From: an uncultured Elusimicrobia bacterium
GTDB lineage: Bacteria > Elusimicrobiota > Elusimicrobia > 2-01-FULL-59-12
Reading direction: 5' to 3'
DNA: 64,000 bases
Assembly (NCBI GenBank): GCA_963702895.1
Contig: OY969767.1
Coordinates: forward strand, 1,504,001 to 1,568,000
Shown: positions 10,326-21,765 of the stretch, piece after piece
How the letters are laid out: every line of letters starts with the position of its first letter
Position numbering within the stretch: the stretch's first letter is position 1
Notes under the pieces: model-generated
The model's input: only the letters and a program-made list of their open reading frames with translations
Told to the model about the DNA's origin: nothing
Database searches by the model: none
Program-made: the position numbers and the translations under genes

Positions 10326-10417
10326 GAATAGTCCTCCACGATCGGAAACGAAATGCCCCCACGATCAAACCCGCGCACGGCCAGACCCAATGATAGCTTT
10401 TCAAGGCTTCTTGTTCG

Positions 10418-11545
10418 TCACGCCGCGGCGGCGAGGCTCTTCCGGAGCAGAGACAAGGCCGCCAGCAAAAGGAAACTGCCGATCACAAATTCCGCCAGGA
10501 AGCTTGGCCACACCACGTCCAACCCCGCGCCCCGGAAAAGGATGGCCTGGGCGAACCGTACAAAGTGCGTGGTGGGCGCGGCCTGCATGATGATCTGGAT
10601 GAATTGCGGCATGCTTTGATACGGGGTGTTGCCGCCCGAAAGCATCTGCAAAGGCAAGATGACGAGGATCATGAGCAGGCCCATCTGCGGCATGGTGCGC
10701 GCCAGAGTCCCGATCAGGATGCCCAGCGACGTCACAGAATACAGATGGAGCGCCACCCCCGCCAAAAAGAGCGGGATCGACCCCGCCATCGGCATGGCCA
10801 GAGACCCCTGCACAATCCCTTGAACCGATAAGGCCGTTGCCACCAGGACCACCAAACCGTTCGACCAGATCTTGGCCATCATGATTTCGAAGGGGGCGAG
10901 CGGCATCACGAGCAGATGCTCGAGCGTGCCGTGTTCGCGCTCGCGGATGAGGGCCGCCCCGGTCAAGATCATGGCGAGCATCGTGATCTGGTTGACGAGC
11001 TGCACAATGGCCCCGAACCACATCGTCGCCTGCGTCGGGTTAAATTTGTAGCGCGTGACGAGCTTCACCGGCGGGGAGAGGTCAACCCGGTGCCCGCCCG
11101 CAAGATACGCGCGCACTTCGTCCATCACGATGGTTTGGGTGTAGCTCGCCCCCAGAAACGCCTGGCTCATGCGCGTGGCGTCAATATTGAGCTGAGCCTT
11201 CGGCTGTTTGCCGGCCACCACGTCCCGCGCGAAATTGGGCGGGATGTCCAGAATAAAGGTGTACGTCCCGGCGTCCAGCGCCGGATCCATCTCCCAGGGC
11301 TCAATGAGCACGGCCGGCTTGAAGCGCGGCGGGAAAAAAGCCAGTTCGATCTGACGCGACAGGGGAGAGCGGTCCTGGTCAAGGATGGCGATGGGGGCGT
11401 TCACCACATCTCCGGCGATGGCTTTCGAACCGTTGATCACCGCGAGGCTGAAGGCGTACACGATAAAGATGACCATGACCGGATCGCGCCAGAGGCTCAG
11501 GAGCTCTTTAATGCCCAGGTGAAAGATGTTGGCAACGCGCTTCAT
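10418..11545 (-). CDS. yhhJ: ABC-2 type permease (YhhJ-like)
   Basis: [15 protein letters not shown] motif; true start ATG 11545 overlaps the rbbA stop (ATGA). Confidence 0.88.
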   Translation of the reverse strand: MKRVANIFHLGIKELLSLWRDPVMVIFIVYAFSLAVINGSKAIAGDVVNAPIAILDQDRSPLSRQIELAFFPPRFKPAVLIEPWEMDPALDAGTYTFILDIPPNFARDVVAGKQPKAQLNIDATRMSQAFLGASYTQTIVMDEVRAYLAGGHRVDLSPPVKLVTRYKFNPTQATMWFGAIVQLVNQITMLAMILTGAALIREREHGTLEHLLVMPLAPFEIMMAKIWSNGLVVLVATALSVQGIVQGSLAMPMAGSIPLFLAGVALHLYSVTSLGILIGTLARTMPQMGLLMILVILPLQMLSGGNTPYQSMPQFIQIIMQAAPTTHFVRFAQAILFRGAGLDVVWPSFLAEFVIGSFLLLAALSLLRKSLAAAA

Positions 11546-14310
11546 GATTCCTGCTTGTTCAAAAGAAACCACGAGATGGCCGTCAACACCGGGATCGACA
11601 CCGCCAGGGCCAGAAACGGCTGGGTGAGATCCTGAAATCCAAGGGCCTTGTTGAACACCCCTTGGGAGATCGTGATGAAGTGGGCCGTGGGATAGACTTT
11701 GCCGATCAAGGCCGGCGTACCCTCGAGGGCCGACACCGGCTGCGTGAGTCCCGAGAACATGGTGGCCGGCAGGATCGTCGCGATGGCCGTGCCGAAGATG
11801 GCGGCGATCTGGGTTGTGGTAAAGGCCGACATCACAAAGCCGAGGCTCGTTGTGCAAAGGATGTACAGGAAGCCGCCGGCGAGAAGCGCGAGCACGCTTC
11901 CTTTGAGCGGAACCTGGAAGATCGTCACCGCCATGACAATGAGCAGGACCAGGTTGATCATGGCCACGCTCACGTAGGGCACCTGCTTGCCGAGAATAAA
12001 TTCCAGCCGCGTCGTCGGGGTCGCGTAGAAATTGGTGATGGAGCCCAGTTCTTTCTCCCGCACGACGCCCAGCGCCATGAGCATCGCCGGGATGAGCACC
12101 AGGATAATGGGGATGGTCGGCGGCACCAGGGCATAGATGCTCTTAAAGTCCTGGTTGTAGCGGTAGCGCATCTCGAGAAGCGGCTTCACGCCGACCGCGG
12201 GCGCCTCGATACGGGGCGAGATCGATCGGGCGACGAAATCGTTGTGCAAGCCCTGGATGTAGCCGGCCACGCTCTGGGCGCGGGAAGGCATGGCCCCATC
12301 CACCCAGGCGGCGACTTCCGTCTTCCCCCCGCGCGCGACGTCCTTGCCGTAGTTCGGCGGGATTTCCACAACGAGGTCGAGCTTTCCCTTACGCATCTGA
12401 CGTTCCAGATCCGTTGGATCCAAAACCGGCGGCTTCTGGACGAAGTAGGCGGATCCCGCGAGATTGTCTGTGTATTGCAGGCTGGCAGGGCTCTGATCGT
12501 TGTCGAGCATGGAGAAAGCGATGTTCTCCACGTCAAAGTTGATGCCAAACCCCAGGACCAACATGAGCAGGACGGACCCGCCCAGTGCGAAGGTCAAGCG
12601 GATGGGGTCGCGTTTGAGCTCCAGCGCCTCCCGGTAGGCATACCCAAAAAGACGCCGCCAGCTGAAACCCTTGTCTTGCGCGTGCGCGGATGCGGCCGGA
12701 GGCGCCGCGGAGGCTTGGGCCGGCGCGGCCGCAGGAGCGGCGGGAGCCGCGGGCGGTGCGGCCGCGGCGGCGGCTTTTTCAAGATAGGAAATAAACGCTT
12801 CCTCCAGGTTCTTCGAACCGCTTGTCGTCACGAGCCTCGCCGGCGCGTCGCTCGCCAGGACTTTTCCCGAGTGCATGAGCGATATGCGGTCGCACCACCC
12901 CGCCTCGTTCATGAAATGGGTTGAGACAAAGATCGTCACCTGTTCCTTCCGGGACAGATGGATCAGGAGTTCCCAGAAGGATTCCCGCGCCACCGGGTCC
13001 ACGCCGGAGGTAGGCTCGTCCAAAATGAGGAGTTCCGGTTTGTGGATCATGGCCACGGCGAGCGAGAGCCGCTGGCGCGTGCCCAAGGGCAGGCTTTCGG
13101 CCAGGTCATCGATGTAGTTCTTCAGGTCAAACTGCTTGATGAGCTCCTGCACGCGGGGCTCGATTTGGCCCTTGGGCAGCTCAAAGATCCGGGCGTGGAG
13201 CATCAGGTTCTGCCGCACCGTGAGCTCGGAATAGAGTGAAAAGGCCTGCGACATGAACCCGATGCGCTTGCGCGTCGCCAGGTCTTTGCCGGTCACCTTT
13301 TCGCCAAACATATACGCGGTGCCGTCGGTCGAAGGCAGGAGGCCCGTGAGCATCTTCATGGTGGTCGTCTTGCCGCAGCCGTTTGACCCCAAAAATCCGA
13401 AAATTTCCCCCTTGGGTATTTTGAAGCTGACGTGGTCGACCGCCGTGAAGTCGCCAAAACGCCGGGTGAGCCCTTCGGCCTGAATGGCCGGGGTCCCTTC
13501 CATGGCCACGTCCCGCGGCGGGACGACGAGCGCCTTATGCCCTTGCCGTTTGGCCTCCGGAAGAAGACGAATGAACGCCGCGTCGAGGTTGTCCGCCCCC
13601 ACCCGGGATTTCAGCTCCGCGGGCGTGCCTTCGGCGAGCACTTTGCCGTCGTCCATGGCCACGAGCCAGTCAAAACCGTCCGCCTCGTCCATGTAGGCGG
13701 TCGACACCAGAACGCTCATCTGCGGGCGCTGCACGCGGATGCGACGGATCAGTTCCCAGAACTGGCGGCGGGAGAGCGGGTCCACGCCCGTCGTCGGCTC
13801 ATCCAGGATCAAAAGGTCCGGGTCATGAATCAGGGAACAGCACAGGCCCAGTTTCTGCTTCATCCCGCCGGAGAGTTTCCCCGCCGGGCGCTGCTTGAAG
13901 GGGAGCATGCCGGTGCTGGCGAGCAGATCGTCAATGCGGCGCTCGCGCTCTTCCTTGTCTTGCCCAAAGAGCCGGCCGAAGAAATCCATGTTCTCGGAAA
14001 CAGAAAGCGTCATGTAGAGATTTTTGCCCAAACCCTGCGGCATGTAGGCGATCCGTGGGCAGGCGTCGTTACGGTGTTTGAGCTGGGCCATGTCGCCGCC
14101 TAAAACCTCGACGCGGCCTGTTTGTATCTTCCGGACGCCGGACAGGATGGACATGAGGCTGGATTTTCCGACGCCGTCGGGTCCGAGCAGACCGACCATG
14201 CAATCGGCCGGTAGACTCAGGTTGATGGCGTCCAGGGCGAGCTTGCGGCCGTAGCGCTGCGAAAGGCCTTCGACGCGCGCGACGACCTTACGGGGCGGGG
14301 CTGGATTCAT
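11542..14310 (-). CDS. rbbA: Ribosome-associated ATPase / ABC transporter RbbA (2 NBDs + permease)
   Basis: Walker A GPDGVGKS and [32 protein letters not shown]; Ala/Pro-rich linker between NBD2 and the permease. Confidence 0.92.
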   Translation of the reverse strand: MNPAPPRKVVARVEGLSQRYGRKLALDAINLSLPADCMVGLLGPDGVGKSSLMSILSGVRKIQTGRVEVLGGDMAQLKHRNDACPRIAYMPQGLGKNLYMTLSVSENMDFFGRLFGQDKEERERRIDDLLASTGMLPFKQRPAGKLSGGMKQKLGLCCSLIHDPDLLILDEPTTGVDPLSRRQFWELIRRIRVQRPQMSVLVSTAYMDEADGFDWLVAMDDGKVLAEGTPAELKSRVGADNLDAAFIRLLPEAKRQGHKALVVPPRDVAMEGTPAIQAEGLTRRFGDFTAVDHVSFKIPKGEIFGFLGSNGCGKTTTMKMLTGLLPSTDGTAYMFGEKVTGKDLATRKRIGFMSQAFSLYSELTVRQNLMLHARIFELPKGQIEPRVQELIKQFDLKNYIDDLAESLPLGTRQRLSLAVAMIHKPELLILDEPTSGVDPVARESFWELLIHLSRKEQVTIFVSTHFMNEAGWCDRISLMHSGKVLASDAPARLVTTSGSKNLEEAFISYLEKAAAAAAPPAAPAAPAAAPAQASAAPPAASAHAQDKGFSWRRLFGYAYREALELKRDPIRLTFALGGSVLLMLVLGFGINFDVENIAFSMLDNDQSPASLQYTDNLAGSAYFVQKPPVLDPTDLERQMRKGKLDLVVEIPPNYGKDVARGGKTEVAAWVDGAMPSRAQSVAGYIQGLHNDFVARSISPRIEAPAVGVKPLLEMRYRYNQDFKSIYALVPPTIPIILVLIPAMLMALGVVREKELGSITNFYATPTTRLEFILGKQVPYVSVAMINLVLLIVMAVTIFQVPLKGSVLALLAGGFLYILCTTSLGFVMSAFTTTQIAAIFGTAIATILPATMFSGLTQPVSALEGTPALIGKVYPTAHFITISQGVFNKALGFQDLTQPFLALAVSIPVLTAISWFLLNKQES

Positions 14311-15292
14311 GGGCCGGCACGGCGAGGAAAGCGGGCCAAGAAGCGTTCGGATCCAAACGCACGTACGCCATGCCCGGCAAACCCGTCTTCACCCGATCGA
14401 CGTAGCGCTGAAGAACGTCCGGATCGACGTTCACTTTGATCCGGAACATGAGCTTGTCCCGCTCGTCCTGTGTCTCCACCTGCTTCGGGGTAAACTGGGA
14501 GCGGGATTCCACAAACGTCACCTTGGCGGGAATGGGCCGGTTCGGAAAGGCATCGAGCACAATGCGGGCTTCCGCGCCGAGCGTGACTTTGCCGGCCTGC
14601 TCGGTGCGCAGATAAAACTGCATGTAGACGTCCTTGAGGTCCAGCACCGTGAAAACGCTGTTTTGCGCGTCCACGACTTCGCCAGGCTCACGGGACCGGT
14701 AGAGGACGCGGCCGTCAATCGGCGAAAGCAGATCACTTTCCGTCAGGTTCACCTTGATCGTATCGACCGCGGCCAGCGCGGCCTGGATCGAGGCCTCGGC
14801 CTTCACGACATCCGCCTGGGCGGAGGCGAGCGTGGCCTGCGCGGTGGCGATGGCACTTTCGCTTTCTTGAAGCTCTTTAAGGGAAATGTCCTTGGTGACG
14901 TAGAGGCTCTTGGACCGCGCGAGATTCTGCTTCGCGAGCAGGAGCTCGCTCTTGCGCTGCGCGACCATCGCCTTCGCGGAGTTCTTGGCTTGCCGCTGCT
15001 CTTCCACCTGGGCCTGGGCTTGCCGCAGCTGGGCATTCAGATCTTTGGTGTCCAGGCGGACGAGCACCTGGTCTTTTTTGACCATGTCGCCTTCCCGCGC
15101 GAGAAGCTCCGCGATGCGAGCGGAGAATTTGGACACGATTTCAACGGTCGTGGCCTCCATGCGGCCGTTGCCGTAGCCGAACTCTTTGGGGACTTTCGGC
15201 GTGGAGAGGTACTTCCAAGCGAAATACCCGCCAAGGGCTGCCACGGCCACCACAACTCCGGCGATCTTCTTTTGCTTGGGTGATAGATTCAT
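14288..15292 (-). CDS. yhiI: HlyD-family efflux periplasmic adaptor (YhiI-like)
   Basis: N-terminal TM anchor, GNGRME, coiled coil, QFTPKQVET...KLMFRIK; directly upstream of rbbA. Confidence 0.88.
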   Translation of the reverse strand: MNLSPKQKKIAGVVVAVAALGGYFAWKYLSTPKVPKEFGYGNGRMEATTVEIVSKFSARIAELLAREGDMVKKDQVLVRLDTKDLNAQLRQAQAQVEEQRQAKNSAKAMVAQRKSELLLAKQNLARSKSLYVTKDISLKELQESESAIATAQATLASAQADVVKAEASIQAALAAVDTIKVNLTESDLLSPIDGRVLYRSREPGEVVDAQNSVFTVLDLKDVYMQFYLRTEQAGKVTLGAEARIVLDAFPNRPIPAKVTFVESRSQFTPKQVETQDERDKLMFRIKVNVDPDVLQRYVDRVKTGLPGMAYVRLDPNASWPAFLAVPAHESSPAP

Positions 15293-15307
15293 AATCCTCG
15301 CTCCTTG

Positions 15308-15506
15308 TTAGCAGTCTGGCAAAAAACCCTTCCAAATATCTTAAAGCCGTCATTCCGGCGAAAGCCGGAATCCAGAACATCATCGATGAACTGGACCCCG
15401 GGTCTCCACAAATCAGGCGACCCGGCCCGCCAGAAGTGTGGAGGGCCGGCTTCCGCCGGGGTGACGTCAATAGAGATATCGATACCCTTTTTCAGCACCC
15501 TGTTAG
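15308..15506. mobile_element. MITE family B with IS5-like ends and an internal REP doublet
   Basis: TTAG at both flanks (15308-15311 and 15503-15506); imperfect TIRs CAGTCTGGCAAAAA / TTTTTCAGCACCCTG. The right TTAG contains the TolC stop codon. Confidence 0.7.
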
Positions 15507-17875
15507 TTCCCGCTCTGGGCCACATACGCCTGGAGACGCTTCATCGTATCGTCCAGGCGCTGGCGATCGGACAAATAGGTGAACCCTCCCATGCTGCGCT
15601 GCAGGTTCATGAGGTCGGTCATGGCGACAAAGACGGCGCTTGCGGCGGATTGGTCCGCGATCAGGCTGGCGTTTTGGGCATCCAGCAGATCGACGACGGA
15701 ACGGGTTCCCCGCGCATAATTTTTGCTCACGAGCTGATAGGTCCTTCGCGCCGCGTCCGCAGCTTCTTTGGAAAGGCGTATCGAGGGAATACTGGCCTGC
15801 AAGGCGTGGAGATGATCACGAATGGATTGTTCGACGCCTTGTCGCAGGGAGTCTCGTTGGGTTTGGAGTTGCTCGAGAACCGCGCGTGATTTGGAAATGC
15901 TCGCCAAACGCCCGCCGCCTTCAAGGATAGGAAGCGAGAGGTTCAAGCCAAGCGCCCAATAGTTTTTGTCCTCCAATTGGAGGGAACTTCCCACCGAGCC
16001 GCCCGGTACCCGGACTTCATTGAGCACGCGAAAGCCTTCGCCCGTCAATGATAAATCGGGCGCAAAGAATTGAATCTGATCGGACTTGAGTTGTCGTTCC
16101 GCGGCTTTCACGCGAGCTTCGAGCTCCGCGAGATCCGGCGAGAGGGCCATCCCTTCCTTCACAAAAAACTCGGTCATCCGGCTAAAAGCGCGATCATTAT
16201 CAACTGTTTTGGAGAATTCCGGCCGGCTGATCAAAAGTTGCGGGTCGTTCAGGGCAGCGGGCTGTAAGGGGTAGCGGTCTTTCAAGGACCGGCGCAGCAG
16301 ACGGTTCAAGCGGTCACGCGACTGCTCGAGCGTCGCTTTGGCGGAAAGCACCTTCTGCCGAGCGGTCGCGATTTCGCTTTCCCAACGGGAGACGTCCGAC
16401 GCGTCCGCTTTGCCAGCCGCGACACGCGATTTAGCGAGCTGCCAGTTGGATTGCGCGAGGTTCAGACCATTCTTTTGGACTTGAAGATCTGAGTTGGCCG
16501 TCAGAACAGCCAGAAAGGAATTGACCGCTTGTTGAACGATGTCAAGCTCCAAGGTGCGCTGTTGTGCTTCAAGGGCGATTTGCAGTTTTTTCTGGATGGA
16601 CAAATTGGCCAAGGCACTCTCGGAAAAGAGGATTTGATTGAGCGTCAGAGAAGCGGCGAACTGCTCTTTCGGCATGAGGCCGCTCGTGATGGTCGGGTAA
16701 TCATCGCGTCGCAGCGCGTAATCGAGATCACCGACAAGCTGTGGAAAAAGCACTGAGCGAACGCGCTTCACTTCTCCCTCGCCGGCCTTCACGCCCAACT
16801 GGCCGGCGATGATGTCAAGATTGGCGCGCACCGCTTCCTGGGCGGCCTCTGAAATCCGAAGAGGGGCACCCGCGGCTCCTGGCTCTTCGTTTAAAAGGAC
16901 CGCGGTCTGGATCGTTTCCCATCGCGGCGAAAATCCGATCGCACGCGCGGTTGCCATGTTCATGGTCACCTGAGATTTACGCTCAAACAAGACAGGCTGA
17001 TCTCCGGCCTTCTGGCCGCGCAGCACGGCATGCATGTTGAGGCTCGTCTGCCTGGTCCGATGGCCGAGGTCGATGCTGGAGACGTTCGACAGGAGGAATC
17101 CTTCGGCGACTTCGGCGTCGCCAGACAGGCTGAAAGATGGCAGTTTTCGCTTGAGGAGACTCTGAATAAGCGCTTGTCGGTCTTCCCCATGGAGGCGAGG
17201 AAGGGGTGTGAGAGCAACGACTTGAGCGTCCGCAGGAATCCTGGACGCAAAGTCACGGTCCCCAACATGCCGGATGATTCGAAGCTCGATGCCGGAACGC
17301 CGCGCTTCCTCTATTAGGCCTGCGCAAAAATCAAGGGTTGACTGATAAAGGGCTTCGTCCATCAGCACGGCTAAGCGTTGGAAGGGCACGACCCCCTGAA
17401 AGTACTTGATCTGATCGATAAAGCGCTCTTGGGTCGTGAGGTAGTTGAGATTGGCAATGCCCGAGCCGAGTCCCTTGCGCGGGAGAACGGCGCTCAAGGC
17501 GTTGGCGACAAAAGGCGCAAAGGTCGGCTTGCGGAAGTTTCGGCGTTTGGCGCTCTGCTGACTCGCGGCAAGCCCGAGCACCAGGACGACGTCCGTACTG
17601 GGGTCAGCGTCCGCCTGGTCAAGCGCGGAAGTGATCTTGGCGGCCGACCATTGACCATTCCACTGCTTGGTCGCGGGCGCATCGATCACAAACTCCTGTT
17701 CGGTGAGGGCCTTGAGCTCATCGAGGAACGCCTTCCGTATGGCTTCGGACTGGGCCGAAGGCCCGTCCGTGACAATGCCGATGGTGACTTTCTTGGCCGC
17801 AAAGCCAATTTGGACCAACGACAGACACGCCAAAAAAATGCCGACAAAACTCCGCTGTCTAATAAGTGAATTCAT
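15503..17875 (-). CDS. TolC-family outer-membrane efflux protein with N-terminal ABC substrate-binding-like domain
   Basis: 790 aa; about 330-aa N-terminal alpha/beta domain ending in MNMATARAIG, followed by two OEP repeats (e.g. NYARGTRSVVDLLDAQN). Confidence 0.85.
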   Translation of the reverse strand: MNSLIRQRSFVGIFLACLSLVQIGFAAKKVTIGIVTDGPSAQSEAIRKAFLDELKALTEQEFVIDAPATKQWNGQWSAAKITSALDQADADPSTDVVLVLGLAASQQSAKRRNFRKPTFAPFVANALSAVLPRKGLGSGIANLNYLTTQERFIDQIKYFQGVVPFQRLAVLMDEALYQSTLDFCAGLIEEARRSGIELRIIRHVGDRDFASRIPADAQVVALTPLPRLHGEDRQALIQSLLKRKLPSFSLSGDAEVAEGFLLSNVSSIDLGHRTRQTSLNMHAVLRGQKAGDQPVLFERKSQVTMNMATARAIGFSPRWETIQTAVLLNEEPGAAGAPLRISEAAQEAVRANLDIIAGQLGVKAGEGEVKRVRSVLFPQLVGDLDYALRRDDYPTITSGLMPKEQFAASLTLNQILFSESALANLSIQKKLQIALEAQQRTLELDIVQQAVNSFLAVLTANSDLQVQKNGLNLAQSNWQLAKSRVAAGKADASDVSRWESEIATARQKVLSAKATLEQSRDRLNRLLRRSLKDRYPLQPAALNDPQLLISRPEFSKTVDNDRAFSRMTEFFVKEGMALSPDLAELEARVKAAERQLKSDQIQFFAPDLSLTGEGFRVLNEVRVPGGSVGSSLQLEDKNYWALGLNLSLPILEGGGRLASISKSRAVLEQLQTQRDSLRQGVEQSIRDHLHALQASIPSIRLSKEAADAARRTYQLVSKNYARGTRSVVDLLDAQNASLIADQSAASAVFVAMTDLMNLQRSMGGFTYLSDRQRLDDTMKRLQAYVAQSGN

Positions 17876-18055
17876 CGTTTGGTATAGGAGAAGTTTGAAT
17901 ATATCAACAGCTTCCCCGCTATTGCAAGCCGCGGACCAAGTCTTCGATCAAACCCAACTTTTTTGACTCTCTCGTTTGGACCATGGCCAGCGCTGAACTG
18001 GTACAATTGCGGTTCGAACGAAAGGTTCGGACGATGCCCGAGTGGCCTCATGGGC

Positions 18056-18258
18056 TAGCCGGGAATCTTCTGTTGGAGCGGTGCTGTCGTCTAAGGTCAC
18101 TGGACTTTTTTGTGTCGTCATCCCGGCGGACGCCGGGATCCATCATTTCCGTCGAAACATGATAGACCCCGGGTCTCCACAAGGCCGGCGACCCGGCCCG
18201 CCGGTTGTGTGGAGGGCCGGCTTTCGCCGGGGTGACGGCAACTGCAGTTTACCGGCTA
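18056..18258. mobile_element. MITE family A, copy 2
   Basis: Ends TAGCCGGGAA / TTTACCGGCTA; internal REP doublet with inserted hairpin module. Confidence 0.78.
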
Positions 18259-18284
18259 GCGGGTTTTTTTACTGAGAGGACAAG

Positions 18285-19094
18285 ATGCCCAGGGAACTTG
18301 ATCAGAACGGCAAATCCCGTTTAAAGAGAAAAAAATACGAAAAAGAGCTAGAGCGCTTGCAGGAGAAGCTCTGTCATCTCCAGGCCTGGGTGAAGCACAA
18401 GGGGCTGCGCGCCATTATCATTTTTGAAGGACGTGACGCCGCGGGCAAAGGGGGCACGATCAAGGCCCTCACCGAGCGAGTCAGTCCCCGTGTCTTCAAA
18501 GTGGTGGCGCTGCCGTCCCCCTCCGACCGTGAGAAATCCCAGATGTACTTGCAACGCTACATCACCCATTTTCCAGCGGCAGGCGAAATCGTGATATTCG
18601 ACCGCAGTTGGTATAACCGCGCTGGGGTCGAACATGTTATGGGTTTCTGTTCAAAAGAAGAGTATCACCGATTCCTTGAAGTCTGTCCCTTGTTCGAGAA
18701 ACAAGTGGTGGAAGGCGGAATCATCCTCATCAAATTCTGGTTGGAAGTGGGCAAAAAGGAGCAAGAGCGGCGGTTTGAGGCCCGCATCGAAGACCCCGTG
18801 CGTCAATGGAAGCTGAGCCCCATGGACATCGAATCGTATTCCCGCTGGTACGACTACTCTCGCGCCCGCGATAAGATGTTCGAGGCCACCGACACGCGTC
18901 ACGCTCCCTGGTTGATCATCCGTTCCGACGACAAACGGCGGGCCAGGCTCAATTGCCTGTCCCACATCCTAAAATTAATCCCGTATAAGAAATTGAAACA
19001 GGACAAAGTGAAGCTACCGAAACGGTCGAAAAAGCATGCCTACGATGACCAGGCCACATTGAAGGGCAGGCATTTTGTCCCTGAAGTCTATTAG
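18285..19094 (+). CDS. ppk2: Polyphosphate kinase 2 (single domain)
   Basis: Walker A EGRDAAGKGG, FDRSWYNRAGVE, WKLSPMD, SDDKRRARLN. Confidence 0.95.
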   Translation: MPRELDQNGKSRLKRKKYEKELERLQEKLCHLQAWVKHKGLRAIIIFEGRDAAGKGGTIKALTERVSPRVFKVVALPSPSDREKSQMYLQRYITHFPAAGEIVIFDRSWYNRAGVEHVMGFCSKEEYHRFLEVCPLFEKQVVEGGIILIKFWLEVGKKEQERRFEARIEDPVRQWKLSPMDIESYSRWYDYSRARDKMFEATDTRHAPWLIIRSDDKRRARLNCLSHILKLIPYKKLKQDKVKLPKRSKKHAYDDQATLKGRHFVPEVY

Positions 19095-19257
19095 CCGGGA
19101 AACTGCAATTGCCGTCACCCCGGCGGACGTCAGCCGGGGTCTATCATCGTCGTAAACGGAATGATGGATCCCCCACTTACGGCCGTGGGGGATGACGGAA
19201 CTAAAAAGCGTGCCGGGATCAGACGGAGAGAATTAGCCAACCGCAGTTTTCGGATTA
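19092..19257. mobile_element. MITE family A, copy 3 (lacks the inserted module)
   Basis: Ends TAGCCGGGAAACTGC / GCAGTTTTCGGATTA; the first TAG is the ppk2 stop codon. Confidence 0.78.
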
Positions 19258-19343
19258 GAGGAGAGGCGTTACGCTCGCGCGGCCGGCCGTTCGGAATTGG
19301 AATTCTCCCGTGGGGATAATCTTAAAAAGGTGAATGTCAACCT

Positions 19344-20708
19344 ATGACCGCTGACGCTGAAGGAATTGTCATGACGTTGCCGACTTTAGAGGAGTTGAGG
19401 ATCCCGACGCTGGGCCCTGCGAGTCTCGCGTCGCCACTGTCTGCCAAAGGCGTCACATTTGTCGATGAGAGAGACCGGGTGCTCCTGGCTTCAACGACAA
19501 GCCAATTTCCCCCCGCCGGCATCTCCTGCGACAAGGTCCCCACCTTTGAGCCTGCGGGTCCCCGCTCTAAGATTTATTTCGATCCAGAAAAAACAACCTG
19601 TGGGATTGTCACTTGCGGGGGTCTTTGTCCGGGGCTTAACGACGTCATTCGGGCCGTGGTCTTGACGCTCGATCATCATTACGGCGTCAATCGCGTCTTG
19701 GGATTCCGTTACGGGTATGCCGGCCTGAGCGCGTCCTCCACGGCGAATCCCCTTGAACTCTCTTTGTCCCTCGTGGATCGCATCCACGAACACGGCGGCA
19801 CCATCCTGGGAACCTCCCGAGGCCCGCAGGACCCTGATGAGATGCTCGACACCTTGGTCCGCCAGAAAGTGTCGATTCTCTTTGCGGTCGGGGGCGATGG
19901 GACTCTGCGAGGAGCTTCCCTTCTGGCCCAGACCGCGCTCAAGCGCAAGCTGCCGATCGCCGTGATCGGCATTCCTAAGACGATCGACAACGACGTCGAA
20001 TGGGTCGTGCGCAGCTTCGGGTTTACAACCGCCGTCGATAAAGCTTTCGAGTTTCTGAACAGCGCCCATTTGGAAGCCACAGGCGTTTGGAACGGTGTGG
20101 GCCTGGTGAAGCTCATGGGCCGCGATTCGGGCTTTATCGCCGCCCACGCGACACTGGCCAACTCCGATGTGAATTTTTGTCTGGTACCCGAAGTGCCTTT
20201 TTGCCTGGAGGGCGATCAAGGTTTCTTGCGCGTTTTAGAAAACCGTTTGGACAAGCGCCATCATGCGCTGGTGGCGATCGCCGAAGGCGCAGGCCAGCAT
20301 CTTCTTACGGATCCTCGAACGGCCGCCCGGGATGAATCAGGCAACCTGCGCTACCCCGATATCGGCACCTATCTCCGTGACCGGATTCGCCAGTACTTCA
20401 AGGCGAAGCAAAAGCCTGTCGATGTGAAATATATTGATCCCAGCTACTCGATCCGTGGCGTCCCAGCCAATGCCTTCGATTCGGAGCTCTGCCTCGCTTT
20501 GGGTCAACATGCTGTTCACGCCGGCATGTCTGGACGCACGAACATGATGGTGGGTTTCTGGAATCAATGTTTCGCACACGTTCCCATTGCCCTCGCGACC
20601 CAGCGCCGCAAACATATCGATCCTCGGGGGACCTTGTGGCAGCGCGTGATGGAAACCACCGGGCAACCGCATTTTGACGCAGCGCCCCCTCCAACAGCCC
20701 ATGGGTAA
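19344..20708 (+). CDS. pfkA: ATP-dependent 6-phosphofructokinase (atypical clade)
   Basis: TCGGLCPGLNDVIR, GGTILGTSRG, GGDGT (ATP-type Gly), PKTIDND, KLMGRDSGFIA, YIDPSY. Confidence 0.93.
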   Translation: MTADAEGIVMTLPTLEELRIPTLGPASLASPLSAKGVTFVDERDRVLLASTTSQFPPAGISCDKVPTFEPAGPRSKIYFDPEKTTCGIVTCGGLCPGLNDVIRAVVLTLDHHYGVNRVLGFRYGYAGLSASSTANPLELSLSLVDRIHEHGGTILGTSRGPQDPDEMLDTLVRQKVSILFAVGGDGTLRGASLLAQTALKRKLPIAVIGIPKTIDNDVEWVVRSFGFTTAVDKAFEFLNSAHLEATGVWNGVGLVKLMGRDSGFIAAHATLANSDVNFCLVPEVPFCLEGDQGFLRVLENRLDKRHHALVAIAEGAGQHLLTDPRTAARDESGNLRYPDIGTYLRDRIRQYFKAKQKPVDVKYIDPSYSIRGVPANAFDSELCLALGQHAVHAGMSGRTNMMVGFWNQCFAHVPIALATQRRKHIDPRGTLWQRVMETTGQPHFDAAPPPTAHG

Positions 20709-21765
20709 ACTCACCGTCGTGGTCTACGATACCAAGCCCTATGACCGCGAGGCGCTTCTGGCGGCTGCGGGCCAACGCGCCATCGACTGGCAATTCCTGG
20801 ACTTTCGGCTCACGGCGGCGACCGCTTCGGCCGCCGAAGGAGCTGCCGCCGTGTGCGTTTTCGTCAACGATCAAGTTGACGGACCGTGCCTGGAGGCGCT
20901 GCGCCGCGCGGGGGTCCGTCACATTCTTTTGCGTTGTACGGGATACAACAACGTTGACCTGGCCGCCAGCGCCCGGCTCGGAATCAAGGTGACCCGGGTC
21001 GCTGTCTATTCGCCGTACGCGGTGGCGGAACATGCGGTCGCGCTCCTCCTGACGCTCAATCGCAAAATCCACCGCGCTTACAACCGGGTGCGCGAGCAGA
21101 ATTTTTCGCTCACGGGCCTGGTGGGCTTTGATCTCCATGGAAAAACGGCGGGCCTGGTCGGGACAGGCCGCATTGGACGGATCACGGGCGAGATTCTGCG
21201 CGGCTTCGGCATGGAGGTCCTCGCTTACGACCCCTTCCCATCCGCAGACTGGGCCCAGGCATGCGGTGCGCGCTACGTGGATCTGAAGACTCTTGCGTCT
21301 CAAAGCGATGTCGTTTCACTCCATGTCCCGCTCACGAAGGAAACCTATCATATGGTCCGGCGCGAGACGCTCTCGGTGATGAAACATGGGTCGATTTTGA
21401 TCAATGTCAGCCGCGGGAAGCTCATTGACACGACCGCCCTGATCGAGGCGCTCAAATCCGGACAGCTCGGCGGCGTAGGCTTAGACGTTTACGAGGAAGA
21501 AGAGGGTATCTTTTTTGAGGATCTCTCCGGCCAGGTCCTTCAGGATGATGAGCTGGCGCGCCTGCTTACGTTTCCCAATGTCGTCATCACGGCGCATCAA
21601 GCGTTTCTGACCAGCGAGGCGCTTTCGGACATCGCGCGCGTCACGGTCGCCAATATCGAGGCGCTTGCCTCAGGAAAACCCTTTGCTGAAGGAACGGTCG
21701 TCGAGCCACGACCTGGGGACGTTCCTCACGATCTCACGGTTTCAACGAATAGGCCAAAACCGTGA
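20701..21765 (+). CDS. ldhA: D-lactate dehydrogenase / D-2-hydroxyacid dehydrogenase
   Basis: VCVFVND, YSPYAVAEH, GTGRIG, LDVYEEEE, FPNVVITAHQAFLT; ATG 20701 overlaps the pfkA end. Confidence 0.9.
   Translation: MGKLTVVVYDTKPYDREALLAAAGQRAIDWQFLDFRLTAATASAAEGAAAVCVFVNDQVDGPCLEALRRAGVRHILLRCTGYNNVDLAASARLGIKVTRVAVYSPYAVAEHAVALLLTLNRKIHRAYNRVREQNFSLTGLVGFDLHGKTAGLVGTGRIGRITGEILRGFGMEVLAYDPFPSADWAQACGARYVDLKTLASQSDVVSLHVPLTKETYHMVRRETLSVMKHGSILINVSRGKLIDTTALIEALKSGQLGGVGLDVYEEEEGIFFEDLSGQVLQDDELARLLTFPNVVITAHQAFLTSEALSDIARVTVANIEALASGKPFAEGTVVEPRPGDVPHDLTVSTNRPKP

Noticed and set aside
15141..15525. Short ORFs across intergenic palindromes (also 5963-6470, 18042-18275, 24355-24546, 44543-44938)
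   Set aside because: They translate REP/MITE sequence (VIPAxAGI-type peptides) or lie antisense to real genes.
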